From NCBI GenBank assembly GCA_002498455.1, contig DAHO01000087.1, forward strand, positions 1 through 57,945: a DNA stretch of 57,945 nucleotides, read 5' to 3'. Position 1 is the stretch's first letter; each line of letters starts with the position of its first letter. The position numbers and the translations under genes were made by a program. Below are positions 19,573 through 29,544 of the stretch, piece by piece. The notes beneath the pieces are model-generated. The model was not told where the DNA came from. It saw only the letters and a list, made by a program, of their open reading frames with translations, and did no database searches. The stretch comes from Euryarchaeota archaeon UBA602 (GTDB lineage: Archaea; Thermoplasmatota; Poseidoniia; Poseidoniales; Thalassarchaeaceae).

Positions 19573-22500
19573 TCAATCTTGAGCCAATTGCAAGTCGTAC
19601 CGAGTCCCCAGCCATGCAACGATGCCCAACTCGATGGCGAGCGCACCAAGCATCAACAATAGCATACTTGGATCGAGTAGACCTTCTTGTAAAATTAGCA
19701 ATGCTATACAGAATGCAAGCACCAAGTCCAATGCACCAAATACTCGCATTCCGCGGCGGAGTTGAAGAATTCCTCCAACCCAGGTTGTGAGCGATAAGGC
19801 TAGGGTACAGACCACCAACCAGGAAGACCAGCCCGCGACAGCAAAGACGCCGATTGGAAGGAGAACATGAGCGTTCCAAAGCCAGGCAGAAGTCCATTTC
19901 GGATGGCCTGCGAAGATGGTGTAAGCTTGACTCAAAATCATTATCAAACCAATGACCAGAATTGTCCCTGCAAATAACTCGGAAAACATCGGAATCAAAT
20001 CCCATGAGTTCATGGCCAACATGCCACCCAAAACAGCGTAAATCGAGAGTGCAACAGCGGCCGGTTGCTTCCAATTGAACGAGCGCTTCATGCACAACAA
20101 TCCAGCGAGAATTCCTGCAGGTCCTGCCGAGATTAGGACCACCATTAAGGCAAATCCAGCGCGACCGGCAGCACCACGATGATCTGGCATCCCATGAGTT
20201 CGGCGAAAGCCTTCGATCCATTCCCAAACCAAAACAAGAATCAGAAGGGAAAATTCGTGGAACAACCAAGGCAATTGCCATCCAATCATTTCTGAAGTCG
20301 GACAGGTGTCTGTACAACCGCTGGCCAATGGATTGACTGTGAATACAAATGGAACGGATTCAACAAACATTGAACCCACCACTCGAGAAATGACCAACAT
20401 TGTCACAACGCTTTCGACGGCACTGGGAATACGCCATGGCAAGTCTTCACGACCGTAAAGTGAGATCATCGATAACCCAAGCAAACCGAAGGTAAGGACA
20501 AACAGATCCAATTGCTCGTATTTTGATCCGTTGAAATGGCCAACCAGATAGATTAGAGTTAGCGACCCCATGGTGACGAAAAATGGCATTTCGATTCCAT
20601 TGATATCGGGCAATCGCAGATTGTGGACCTTCGCTCGTTGTCTTGAAACCCAAGTCAGTGTCAGCGCGAACAAACTGACCATTAGCATCAAGCCTGGATT
20701 GGTATCACTTTGCATCCAAGCGACAAAACAGGCCGCTAAGGTAGTGACTGCAATGAAAGATAGAACGATCACGGGGCGATGTTGGATGTCACCTACCAGC
20801 AAATCCAGTTCCTCAGAATTGTATTGCGCTCCCGATTTTCTTCGGCGCTTGCGTTGCTTTTCAATCAGAGTATAGATCTCTGCATCGGCCATTTTCATGC
20901 CGCCACGAGAAATGGCTTGAGACATTGATTTGGCCAGTCTACCCGTCTGATCACCGGTTGCGGTTCGAGCCAAATCTTCGTCCGCAAAGTGATACATCTT
21001 ACCTCCTTGTTGAACATCGATCGCAACCGGAGTGGTGTCTTGAGTTACGGTCATTGCTGATGTGGCAGATGAGGCTGACGAATCGGTCAGCAATTTGGGA
21101 CTCGGAGAAACAGAAGACGATAGGTTTCCTTTCTCCAAAGCTTGAGCCAGGGCCAATCTGCGATTTATTTCTGACAATCTCGCCTCACGCTTACCCACCT
21201 GCTTCAATTCCATACGAAGTTCACCGGTTGCAGCAAGATAAATCGCCGAAGCGACAAACATGAGGATGGCAACCAGCAATTCTGCAACATGCATTTCTTC
21301 ACCATATGTCGCCCAAATTTGTACAGCCAGCAAACAAACCACTGCCACGGCCGGTGGTAGCAATTTTTCCAAATTTCTTGCGCGCGGGAGGTAAATCGAC
21401 AGAAGGCCGGCACTTGCCAATAGAATCACAATTCCAGTTTGCATTCTGTCAATCGGTACGGGATCCAGTAGCAATTGTTGATTCGCACGATCCAGTTCGA
21501 ATAGGATGATTTGCAAGGTCAACAAACCCATGGCCAAACTCATCAATTGAGAGTTGGGCCCATCTTTATCTCTCGAAAGCAATATCGCAATTGAGGCCAC
21601 ACTCAAAATCAGAATCCAAAACACGTCAGCGCCGACATTCCATTGGAAAACGGCTAGGGTAATGGCCAAACTGATGAGAATGAAGCGTGGGTTTCCTTGG
21701 TGTCTACCTTGCACTTCAGCGATAATGTGAACTGCGGCTAGCGAAGCGATTCCTACAATCACAAACCACCCAATCTCATCACGTGCATCGACAAACATCA
21801 GCCAAACGGCCAAGCCTGATATAAGACCTAAATTCCACAATCGCATCATTCCCGAATCTCGAAGGCGCGAACTGAGTTCAGTGGCACCCAACAACTTGCC
21901 TGCGAGGTTTACACCTGTATCCCCCAATCTGAGATTAATGGGGTACTGAATCAGGGCAGCAAGTGTCAGATAGACGGCGATATACTGTGGGTCGAGAACA
22001 ATCAATACGTCCCAAGTATCGATGTTGGGTCTTGCGGCTGAGAATGTTTCAATCGAAGATGACCAAAGGGAGTGGGCGAACATCCAGATCCAAGGGGCCA
22101 AAACGGTCGCTCCAGCAATGCTAGGAGATGTACGTTTCAACGCCAAAACTCCCGTAGCAATGTGGACCAAAGCGAGCGCTATCAACAAGAAGCGTCCTTC
22201 ATCTCCACCATCAGCCATCGATTCAGCCGGAATCAAGATTGTGAGTAATAATATCAGAACCAGGCTGCCCATCCATAGTACGCGGTCTGTGACATTGGTC
22301 TGATGGCGGATCAAGATTGAGAAGGTCACCAACGATGCGAGAACTGCGAATGATTCGTATCCCGAGATGAAGGACAGTGTCAAGAGTTCAGTTTCCAAGA
22401 CAATTAGAGCCAGCAATAGAATTGGCAATGCCGCGAGAAGCGGCTTTAGAACCTCCATCGGTTCAACTCCACGGACCACCAAATATGAGCCCCCATAAAC

Positions 22501-23658
22501 AGCCAAAAGCGAGACGAGAACGGCCAATGCGTAACCGGTTTCATCACGACCACTGGCGAGAAGCAAAAATGCACCAATCATTCCCAAACCTACGGATACA
22601 CCCCACAACCCAGGAGTTCCCAAACCGGTCACAGCGATGCCCTTACTGAACCAGTTCTCACGCTTTGAGAAACGTGCCGCCATCGACCCGTTGATACAGG
22701 TCACTGCCAAAGCGAGTAGGAACAAAGGCATGGGGTCTGCCAATGGAAGAATTTTGAGTGCACCGATTTCGAGAGGATTTGATTGAATGGCATGCAACCC
22801 AATCCACAGATGACTGGCAGCAATTCCCAGAGAGGCTAGATTGCCACTTTGTCGGTGATATGCGAGCCCATGGAGAAGGATCGTCGCGAGTAAAATCATC
22901 ACAACGATGCCCATCTCTCCGCCGACAGAACCTGCTGCGGATGCAAGTGCCAAGGAAACCAGTGTAGCTTGTGCCATAATTGCATCATGTTCATGGCGAT
23001 ATCCGACAAGAATATTGAGGCCAACTAAGGCAATCAAAGTCATCCCCAGTTGTGGAGTATCAATCCACCCCCAGTGGTGTGCATCTAGAGCCAAACCGTA
23101 CAGGAGTTTCATCGAAATGATGATCCATGTTACGCCAAGAATGTGCATTCCTTTGTCGGGAACCCATCGTTCCCCTAAGGCAAAACCCATCACGGCCAAT
23201 GAAAGTAGACCAGCGGTTGCAAGATAGGGTTCGAGAGCGGTCGCAACAACCCAGCCAATCAAACTGTAGACGAAGACCATGGTCACCATCAATGCCCAGT
23301 GCAAACGTCGTTCGCCTTGCACAGCCGCCTCGGTGATTGTATCGAGTTCAGGTGTCTCATAGACGGTTCCATCGGACAGAATATCTCCAGGTTTGGGCCC
23401 AGAATCCCGCTCAAATGGATCAAAGATTTCACCGATTGCTGCATCTTCATCGTCACTCTGCTTCGATACTTGAGAATCGATTCCAGCGGTAGCATCCGTG
23501 GGTGAACCTCCGGGGAGTGCGGGCCGTTTCGCTTCGGCAAATGCGTCTGGGGACATGAACGCATCAAGATCGACGCCACCGCCCAATTGGAACGAGCGAG
23601 AATCAATCACCCTGTCCTTGGAGGAGGACTTCTCGACTCCGTCTTTGTCTTCCGCCAT
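19573..23658 (-). CDS. Very large polytopic membrane protein of unknown function
   Basis: 1361 aa with an acidic N-terminus, dozens of hydrophobic segments and one long soluble loop. Start moved to MAEDKDG. Confidence 0.85.
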   Translation of the reverse strand: MAEDKDGVEKSSSKDRVIDSRSFQLGGGVDLDAFMSPDAFAEAKRPALPGGSPTDATAGIDSQVSKQSDDEDAAIGEIFDPFERDSGPKPGDILSDGTVYETPELDTITEAAVQGERRLHWALMVTMVFVYSLIGWVVATALEPYLATAGLLSLAVMGFALGERWVPDKGMHILGVTWIIISMKLLYGLALDAHHWGWIDTPQLGMTLIALVGLNILVGYRHEHDAIMAQATLVSLALASAAGSVGGEMGIVVMILLATILLHGLAYHRQSGNLASLGIAASHLWIGLHAIQSNPLEIGALKILPLADPMPLFLLALAVTCINGSMAARFSKRENWFSKGIAVTGLGTPGLWGVSVGLGMIGAFLLLASGRDETGYALAVLVSLLAVYGGSYLVVRGVEPMEVLKPLLAALPILLLALIVLETELLTLSFISGYESFAVLASLVTFSILIRHQTNVTDRVLWMGSLVLILLLTILIPAESMADGGDEGRFLLIALALVHIATGVLALKRTSPSIAGATVLAPWIWMFAHSLWSSSIETFSAARPNIDTWDVLIVLDPQYIAVYLTLAALIQYPINLRLGDTGVNLAGKLLGATELSSRLRDSGMMRLWNLGLISGLAVWLMFVDARDEIGWFVIVGIASLAAVHIIAEVQGRHQGNPRFILISLAITLAVFQWNVGADVFWILILSVASIAILLSRDKDGPNSQLMSLAMGLLTLQIILFELDRANQQLLLDPVPIDRMQTGIVILLASAGLLSIYLPRARNLEKLLPPAVAVVCLLAVQIWATYGEEMHVAELLVAILMFVASAIYLAATGELRMELKQVGKREARLSEINRRLALAQALEKGNLSSSVSPSPKLLTDSSASSATSAMTVTQDTTPVAIDVQQGGKMYHFADEDLARTATGDQTGRLAKSMSQAISRGGMKMADAEIYTLIEKQRKRRRKSGAQYNSEELDLLVGDIQHRPVIVLSFIAVTTLAACFVAWMQSDTNPGLMLMVSLFALTLTWVSRQRAKVHNLRLPDINGIEMPFFVTMGSLTLIYLVGHFNGSKYEQLDLFVLTFGLLGLSMISLYGREDLPWRIPSAVESVVTMLVISRVVGSMFVESVPFVFTVNPLASGCTDTCPTSEMIGWQLPWLFHEFSLLILVLVWEWIEGFRRTHGMPDHRGAAGRAGFALMVVLISAGPAGILAGLLCMKRSFNWKQPAAVALSIYAVLGGMLAMNSWDLIPMFSELFAGTILVIGLIMILSQAYTIFAGHPKWTSAWLWNAHVLLPIGVFAVAGWSSWLVVCTLALSLTTWVGGILQLRRGMRVFGALDLVLAFCIALLILQEGLLDPSMLLLMLGALAIELGIVAWLGTRYDLQLAQD

Positions 23659-23860
23659 GCATCTATGCAGACGGTGCGTCGAATAAGACTCGCCCCCAAT
23701 TTGATAGTGTAGGTGAGGGTCTGCAAGACCCTTATTGGTGGTCAAACAACAGGTTCAACCTTCCGAAATGCACTATAATGGTCAGTGGGGCGCAGGCCCC
23801 ATGGTGCTTCGGCCGATGCGGTCTGGAGGGGTTATCCCTGAATCGTTTAGGGATGTCAAT

Positions 23861-25501
23861 ATGGGTCTTGCAGACTTAGGTTTAAGCAGGAATGGATACG
23901 ATGGAGATATTCATTGGAACTTGGAATGGGAAGACCTCTACGCGGCTGCAATTCGGCGAAAAGAGGGAGAAATGACCGCGCATGGAGTGCTCAGAACCGT
24001 CACTGGAGAGAGGACCGGTAGATCACCGAATGATCGATACATCGTGAAACTACACGAAAGTAAGATTTCGAGCATCACTAAAGGGTTGACGACCGAAGAT
24101 GTTTGGTGGGGGGATGTGAATACTCCTATCTCAGAAAATACCTTCAATTTACTTCAACACGCTGTCACGGAACATCTGTTGGAAAAGGATGAGTGGTTCA
24201 TCCAGAATTTGTACTGTGGGGCTGACCCTGAAGAGCGGTTGAATGTGATGTTGATAACCGAGAATGCATGGCACGCTTCTTTTGCAAGAAACATGTTTAT
24301 CCGACCGTCTGTAGAAGAAATTCAGGCCATGGATGTCTGGGCTGGATTTACTATATTGCACGCACCGAGTTATCAAGCAAGACCCGATTGGATTGGTTCA
24401 AAGGGCGGAGTGACAGAGCTCAATTCAGAGGCATTTGTAATTATCAACTTTGAAAAACGGATGGTGATTATTGGCGGGACTCAATATGCTGGCGAGATTA
24501 AGAAATCGATTTTCTCGATCATGAATCATATTTTGCCATCTCGTGGCCATCTCCCAATGCATTGCTCTTCCAATACTACAGGAGAAAACACAGCCGTGTT
24601 CTTCGGTTTGTCAGGAACGGGTAAGACTACACTCTCCGCAGACCCCAATCGCGCATTGGTTGGTGATGATGAACACGGGTGGTCTGCTAAGGGTGTGTTC
24701 AACTTTGAAGGTGGATGCTATGCAAAGTTGATTGATTTGTCTGAAGAAGATGAGCCGGCAATTTTTGCGACGACAAAAATGCCTGGATCTATCCTGGAGA
24801 ATATCATTGTCGATGATGATGGGATTCCAGATTTCACGGATGATACCCTCACTGCAAATACACGCGGATCTTACCCGATTGAATTCATCGAAAATCGTAC
24901 GCCAGATTCCATGGCCGGACATCCACAGAATGTGGTGTTTTTGACCTGTGACGCCTTTGGTGTTCTTCCTCCAATCAGCAGACTAAGCCCGGCACAAGCA
25001 GCCTATCACTTCATTTCAGGATATACGGCCAAGGTTGCCGGAACAGAGGTTGGTGTGAAGGAGCCTCAAGCCACGTTCTCCGCTTGCTTTGGTGCACCAT
25101 TTATGCCACGTCATCCAAGTGTTTACGCAGACCTCTTGGCTGAAAAAATGGCGCAACATGGAGCAAAATGCTGGCTATTGAATACGGGCTGGGTTAGCGG
25201 AGGATATGGAAAGAGCAAGCGAATCAAAATCAAATGGACGCGTGCACTACTCAATGCTGCGCTTGATGGGAGTCTGAATGATGTTGAGTTCGCCATCGAC
25301 CCAAGATTTGGTTTTGAAGTCCCGCAAAGTTGTGAAGGGGTTCCTGAAGAAATTCTCAATCCTAGAGATACTTGGGGCGATGGCTCACAATATGATGCAG
25401 CTGCAAATCAATTGGCCAAAATGTTTGGAGAAAACTTTGCTCAATTTGCCGAAGGGACCAGTGCCGAAGTTCTGGCTGCCGCTCCAAAGCCGCTTGAGTG
25501 A
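23861..25501 (+). CDS. pckA: Phosphoenolpyruvate carboxykinase (ATP)
   Basis: TGRSPNDR, YAGEIKK, FFGLSGTGKTTLSAD, LVGDDEHGW, FNFEGGCYAK and NTRGSYP. Confidence 0.97.
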   Translation: MGLADLGLSRNGYDGDIHWNLEWEDLYAAAIRRKEGEMTAHGVLRTVTGERTGRSPNDRYIVKLHESKISSITKGLTTEDVWWGDVNTPISENTFNLLQHAVTEHLLEKDEWFIQNLYCGADPEERLNVMLITENAWHASFARNMFIRPSVEEIQAMDVWAGFTILHAPSYQARPDWIGSKGGVTELNSEAFVIINFEKRMVIIGGTQYAGEIKKSIFSIMNHILPSRGHLPMHCSSNTTGENTAVFFGLSGTGKTTLSADPNRALVGDDEHGWSAKGVFNFEGGCYAKLIDLSEEDEPAIFATTKMPGSILENIIVDDDGIPDFTDDTLTANTRGSYPIEFIENRTPDSMAGHPQNVVFLTCDAFGVLPPISRLSPAQAAYHFISGYTAKVAGTEVGVKEPQATFSACFGAPFMPRHPSVYADLLAEKMAQHGAKCWLLNTGWVSGGYGKSKRIKIKWTRALLNAALDGSLNDVEFAIDPRFGFEVPQSCEGVPEEILNPRDTWGDGSQYDAAANQLAKMFGENFAQFAEGTSAEVLAAAPKPLE

Positions 25502-25549
25502 AACAATTCGGCTGGAAACACTTAGGCGTCAGCCTTGTTGGGTCACCTG

Positions 25550-26227
25550 ATGGATGTAACCGCTGCAGCGCTCTTCCCCTCCCTTGGAAAGTCTGGGGGC
25601 GCCGTCACCGGATTGAGAATGCCCGATGACGAACCCGTCTGGATCTTGCTCGATAAATCCAGTCGAAATGGTCTTGCAAACCAACTTGAATACCTGTTGC
25701 AGGGGTTGGGTTCCAATCGAAGAAATTTGCATCCTTCCATCACCATTGATGAATCCAAAGGACCTGTTCACATCGTCGATGGGACACGAATTGGGCCCGG
25801 TGTCCATATTGAAGGCCCCTCATATATTGCAGGTGAGGTTCGTCATGGAGCATATGTTCGCAGTCATTCATGGATCTGTAGAGATGCGGTGGTCGGTCAT
25901 GCAACCGAAATCAAACACAGTTTATTGCTTCCAGGTGCCAAAGCACCGCATTTCAATTATGTCGGGGATTCAATATTGGGTACAGGTGTCAATCTAGGTG
26001 CGGGTTGCAAACTTTCCAATTTACGCAACGATGGACGCCACATCCGGATTCACAACCTTTCCATGGATACGGGTCTCAGAAAGTTTGGTGCAATCTTAGG
26101 AGAGGGTGTGCAAATCGGGTGCAATGCGGTCTGCAATCCCGGCACAGTCTTGGGCATCAATTGCAATGTATGGCCCAATGTCACCGTCAGTGGGGCCCAC
26201 ACAAACGATAGTACGCTACGAGAGTGA
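25550..26227 (+). CDS. Hexapeptide-repeat acetyltransferase (GlmU C-terminal-like, glucosamine-1-phosphate N-acetyltransferase)
   Basis: GHATEIKHS, APHFNYVGDSILG, NLGAGCKLSNLRND and TGLRKFGAILG; directly upstream of a phosphohexomutase. Confidence 0.8.
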   Translation: MDVTAAALFPSLGKSGGAVTGLRMPDDEPVWILLDKSSRNGLANQLEYLLQGLGSNRRNLHPSITIDESKGPVHIVDGTRIGPGVHIEGPSYIAGEVRHGAYVRSHSWICRDAVVGHATEIKHSLLLPGAKAPHFNYVGDSILGTGVNLGAGCKLSNLRNDGRHIRIHNLSMDTGLRKFGAILGEGVQIGCNAVCNPGTVLGINCNVWPNVTVSGAHTNDSTLRE

Positions 26228-26231
26228 TTTC

Positions 26232-27896
26232 ATGAGCCGTCCTCGACTCCATGGTACCGATGGTATTCGCGGTAAAGTCGCTACCTTTTCCGGTGATGAT
26301 GAAGCCGCACTTATGGCGTTAATTGAGCAACGAATATTGAGCAATCGCGCCATGAGAATCATTGGTGAGGCCACAGGGTTGCAATTGATTCTCGAGATTG
26401 GTGAATCACCCTTGGTCCTCATCGGTTGGGACCGTCGAGACGGTAATGCAGAATTGGTTGATGCCCTTCAATCGGGCCTAGGTGCTGCAGGTTGTCGAAC
26501 CATGAGAATTGGTGAAGTGCCAACTCCAGGAATCCATCATGCAATTCTGGCTTGTGCTGCGGATGCAGGAATGATGGTGACGGCAAGCCACAACCCTGCG
26601 ACCGACTCAGGGGTCAAATTATTCGATGCAGAGGGGTACAAATCCATGCCAGAAACTGAAGACCAAATCTCGAAGTTGGCATGGGAATTGGCCGATGGGT
26701 CCCGTGCCGCACCTCAAGAAAGTGGAGAAGTTCTCGAAGAAATTGAAGGTTTGAGTCTTTACAAAACCGCAATTCGCAATCGAGTATCTGAACTAGAATC
26801 CTTGTTTTCAATCAACTTTGATACAATCAATTGGGCAGGAACCATTGCATCTCCGGGGCTATTGCTCGATTGCTCGGGTGGTGCGGGCGTGACTTGGTTG
26901 GCTGATCAATTGACTGAGGATGGGCTCGCAGCAATTGAGGTGAGCAGCCGACTCGATCCCATCAACCAAGATTGTGGGGCCGGGGATTTTTCGCCAACAC
27001 AAGAGTGGAAAGCAAGCGAGTTGAATCTGGAACCGCCAGCGCATCGGTTGCTTTGGTGCATATCACAGCGATTGGAACACAATGGGGGCGTTGTCCCTTG
27101 GAAACCCGGAGAAATCATCGGTGCAGCTTTGGATGGAGATGGGGACAGATGCTTGCTCATCGAAGGAACATCAGATGGTCTGAAAATTGTTGATGGTGAT
27201 CGAATGTGTGATGATATCATTCGAGCATCACTTGTTCGTGACAGTTCCGAATGGAAGATGGCATCGAGCATCGAAAGCGATCTTGGATTGACTGCAGATT
27301 TGAGTCGTTTGGGGACTCACCAATCAATCACAACAGCTGTTGGGGATCGATGGTTGTCCGCTGCACTTTGGGATGGCCCAAATGAGAAAATAATCGCAGC
27401 AGAGGGGATGCCACGCCTGATTGGAACCGAGGATTCCGGGCATCTCGTAATGCCCACACAGATCCCTCATCAGGCCGGCAAATGGGGCTTGGTCGGAGAC
27501 GGAACTGCAACCCTCATTGCTGCATTGATGGCTCGATACACCATTCTTCACGCAGATGTTTCTCCTGCATTCGCAGGGGGTTGGAAGAAACGCGTATCGA
27601 TTAAGCCCAGTATCCGTGAACGATGGACTGGTGAAAATCAGTTGGCAGATTTAGTACAAAAAATCTCAGAAGAGTGGAGTGGAACTTCATTGCAAAGGGT
27701 CGATGTTGAAGGTGAGCCGGGGCTACTGTTGTTGTCAGGTGAATTGGATAGGTTGGCAATATCAATTGCAGTTCGAAATTCAGGTACTGAAGCAAAAACT
27801 GCAGTTTCAATTCGGTTTGCAAAGGGTGTGCAGGCAGATGGAAATACATTGATGGAACGACTGATTGAGAATCTATCCGAACACCTGATGCCATGA
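26232..27896 (+). CDS. glmM: Phosphoglucosamine mutase / phosphohexomutase
   Basis: GTDGIRG, PTPG, phosphoserine loop TASHNP, metal loop DGDGDR, VGDR, EDSGH and RNSGTE. Confidence 0.85.
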   Translation: MSRPRLHGTDGIRGKVATFSGDDEAALMALIEQRILSNRAMRIIGEATGLQLILEIGESPLVLIGWDRRDGNAELVDALQSGLGAAGCRTMRIGEVPTPGIHHAILACAADAGMMVTASHNPATDSGVKLFDAEGYKSMPETEDQISKLAWELADGSRAAPQESGEVLEEIEGLSLYKTAIRNRVSELESLFSINFDTINWAGTIASPGLLLDCSGGAGVTWLADQLTEDGLAAIEVSSRLDPINQDCGAGDFSPTQEWKASELNLEPPAHRLLWCISQRLEHNGGVVPWKPGEIIGAALDGDGDRCLLIEGTSDGLKIVDGDRMCDDIIRASLVRDSSEWKMASSIESDLGLTADLSRLGTHQSITTAVGDRWLSAALWDGPNEKIIAAEGMPRLIGTEDSGHLVMPTQIPHQAGKWGLVGDGTATLIAALMARYTILHADVSPAFAGGWKKRVSIKPSIRERWTGENQLADLVQKISEEWSGTSLQRVDVEGEPGLLLLSGELDRLAISIAVRNSGTEAKTAVSIRFAKGVQADGNTLMERLIENLSEHLMP

Positions 27897-27948
27897 GCAA
27901 ATAGAGAGAAATCGCTAAGTTAAACAGAGAGTACGGGGGTTGAGAATC

Positions 27949-28344
27949 ATGCTACCTGCTGAGGCCTTGGCAAAACTCGATGCGATGGATGATTACGATC
28001 GGATGCTCGCATACTCGCGATTCGGTTCTGATTATCGAATGAGTGCTGCAGAAGTAGAGGCCCAATACAACGCTTGGAAAAGTGGAGATACTGTGGCGCC
28101 ATCCACGTTCACTAAGACCGACGCAGGACCTATTGCTCAGTCGGGACAATCTGCAAATTATATCCAGGATCCTTCAAAGTTTAGAGCGAAATATGACCCG
28201 AGTCGTGAAGGAAGGGCAAGACAATCACAGGTTGAACAGGCAGTGATTTGTCCAGAGTGCAGCGCCGCTTTGGGTATCCCTGCAGTCCGACCAATCAAGG
28301 TTACATGCCCGAGTTGTATGGCTGAAATCACATATACCGCTTAA
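27949..28344 (+). CDS. Hypothetical protein with C-terminal zinc ribbon
   Basis: CPEC...CPSC pair at the C-terminus. Confidence 0.7.
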   Translation: MLPAEALAKLDAMDDYDRMLAYSRFGSDYRMSAAEVEAQYNAWKSGDTVAPSTFTKTDAGPIAQSGQSANYIQDPSKFRAKYDPSREGRARQSQVEQAVICPECSAALGIPAVRPIKVTCPSCMAEITYTA

Positions 28345-28412
28345 TTTGCGGGAAATTATCCAACAATTGAAATCACTGTCGCACCCCCCTTAGGGGTGCG
28401 GGAGGTGTCATT

Positions 28413-29525
28413 CTGGTCCGAACACTGGTCATAACCGTCGATCGTGACAACGATTTAGGCGTCAAAGCGGGCATCCGTGGTAGTGTGGTTGGACGGCGTC
28501 AAGTCCTGACCGCAGCACTTCGTCTAGGGATTGCTGACCCCGAGGAAAGTGATACCAATGCCATCCTCGGTGCACTTCATCAACACGACCTGATTGCGGA
28601 AAATGCTGATCCAAACGACGAAGTTGAAATTGCTATTTTGACCGGAGATGAACGAGTCGGTGTCAAATCCGATCGGAATATTGCACAGCAACTTGAAGAT
28701 GTTATCGCTGAATTTCAACCAGACCGGGGAATTTTGGTTACCGATGGTATGGAAGATGAATCGGTCTTGCCAATCTTAACCAGTCGTCTTTCTATCGACC
28801 ATGTTGAGAAAATCATCGTCCGACAATCCAAGGGCATAGAGGGTACGTACTACTACATCGCAAAAGCGATTGAAGATCCACGATGGCGAGCGCGTTTGCT
28901 AGTTCCCATTTCGATATTCATGATGATTCTCGGTCTGGGTATGATTCTCCCCGGTGGAGGAGCATTGATTGGAGCCATGCCTTTGCTTCTCGGTGTCTAC
29001 CTATTGTTCAAGGGACTTGGAGCTGAAGATCGGTTAGAGCGGCTGATGAGAGACATGAGAGAATCGGCCGACGCGGCGATTCTCTCCTCACTATTGTGGG
29101 CGGTTACCGGCGTTGCCATATTACTCGCTGTCGTGGAGGGATACGATACGTATGGTGATGTTTCTAGAACGGAGACCAGTAATATTTTACTCGGGTTGGA
29201 AGTTCTTCAGAAATCGTTGACATGGATTGTCCTCGGTGCGCTTGCTTTTGCCCTTTCGTTGATGGTCCTACGATGGAAAAAGGGGAACTTCAGTGGACGT
29301 TCAATCTTGGTGATTGCATTTGGAGTCGTCATGTGGACCATGGCGACTGCGGCTTTGCAAGTCGCCATTCAAATCGCCAATGGAAGTGGATACGAATACG
29401 ATGTATCTACGATTGTCCAAGATTGGGGCAACACCATCTTGTCACTATTCATCTTCTGGGCCGTTCGTACAGGCGTTCGCTCGTGGGAATCAAAGCAAGA
29501 TACAGGTCGTTATTGGGGTGTTTAA
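28413..29525 (+). CDS. DUF373 family archaeal membrane protein (probable CTG start)
   Basis: VRTLVITVDRDNDLGVKAG...ADPEESDTNAI, VTDGMEDESVLP and IVRQSKGIEGTYY. The conserved N-terminus lies upstream of the tracked GTG 28485. Confidence 0.8.
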   Translation: MVRTLVITVDRDNDLGVKAGIRGSVVGRRQVLTAALRLGIADPEESDTNAILGALHQHDLIAENADPNDEVEIAILTGDERVGVKSDRNIAQQLEDVIAEFQPDRGILVTDGMEDESVLPILTSRLSIDHVEKIIVRQSKGIEGTYYYIAKAIEDPRWRARLLVPISIFMMILGLGMILPGGGALIGAMPLLLGVYLLFKGLGAEDRLERLMRDMRESADAAILSSLLWAVTGVAILLAVVEGYDTYGDVSRTETSNILLGLEVLQKSLTWIVLGALAFALSLMVLRWKKGNFSGRSILVIAFGVVMWTMATAALQVAIQIANGSGYEYDVSTIVQDWGNTILSLFIFWAVRTGVRSWESKQDTGRYWGV

Positions 29526-29544
29526 TTCCCTACTCTTGTGGTGC

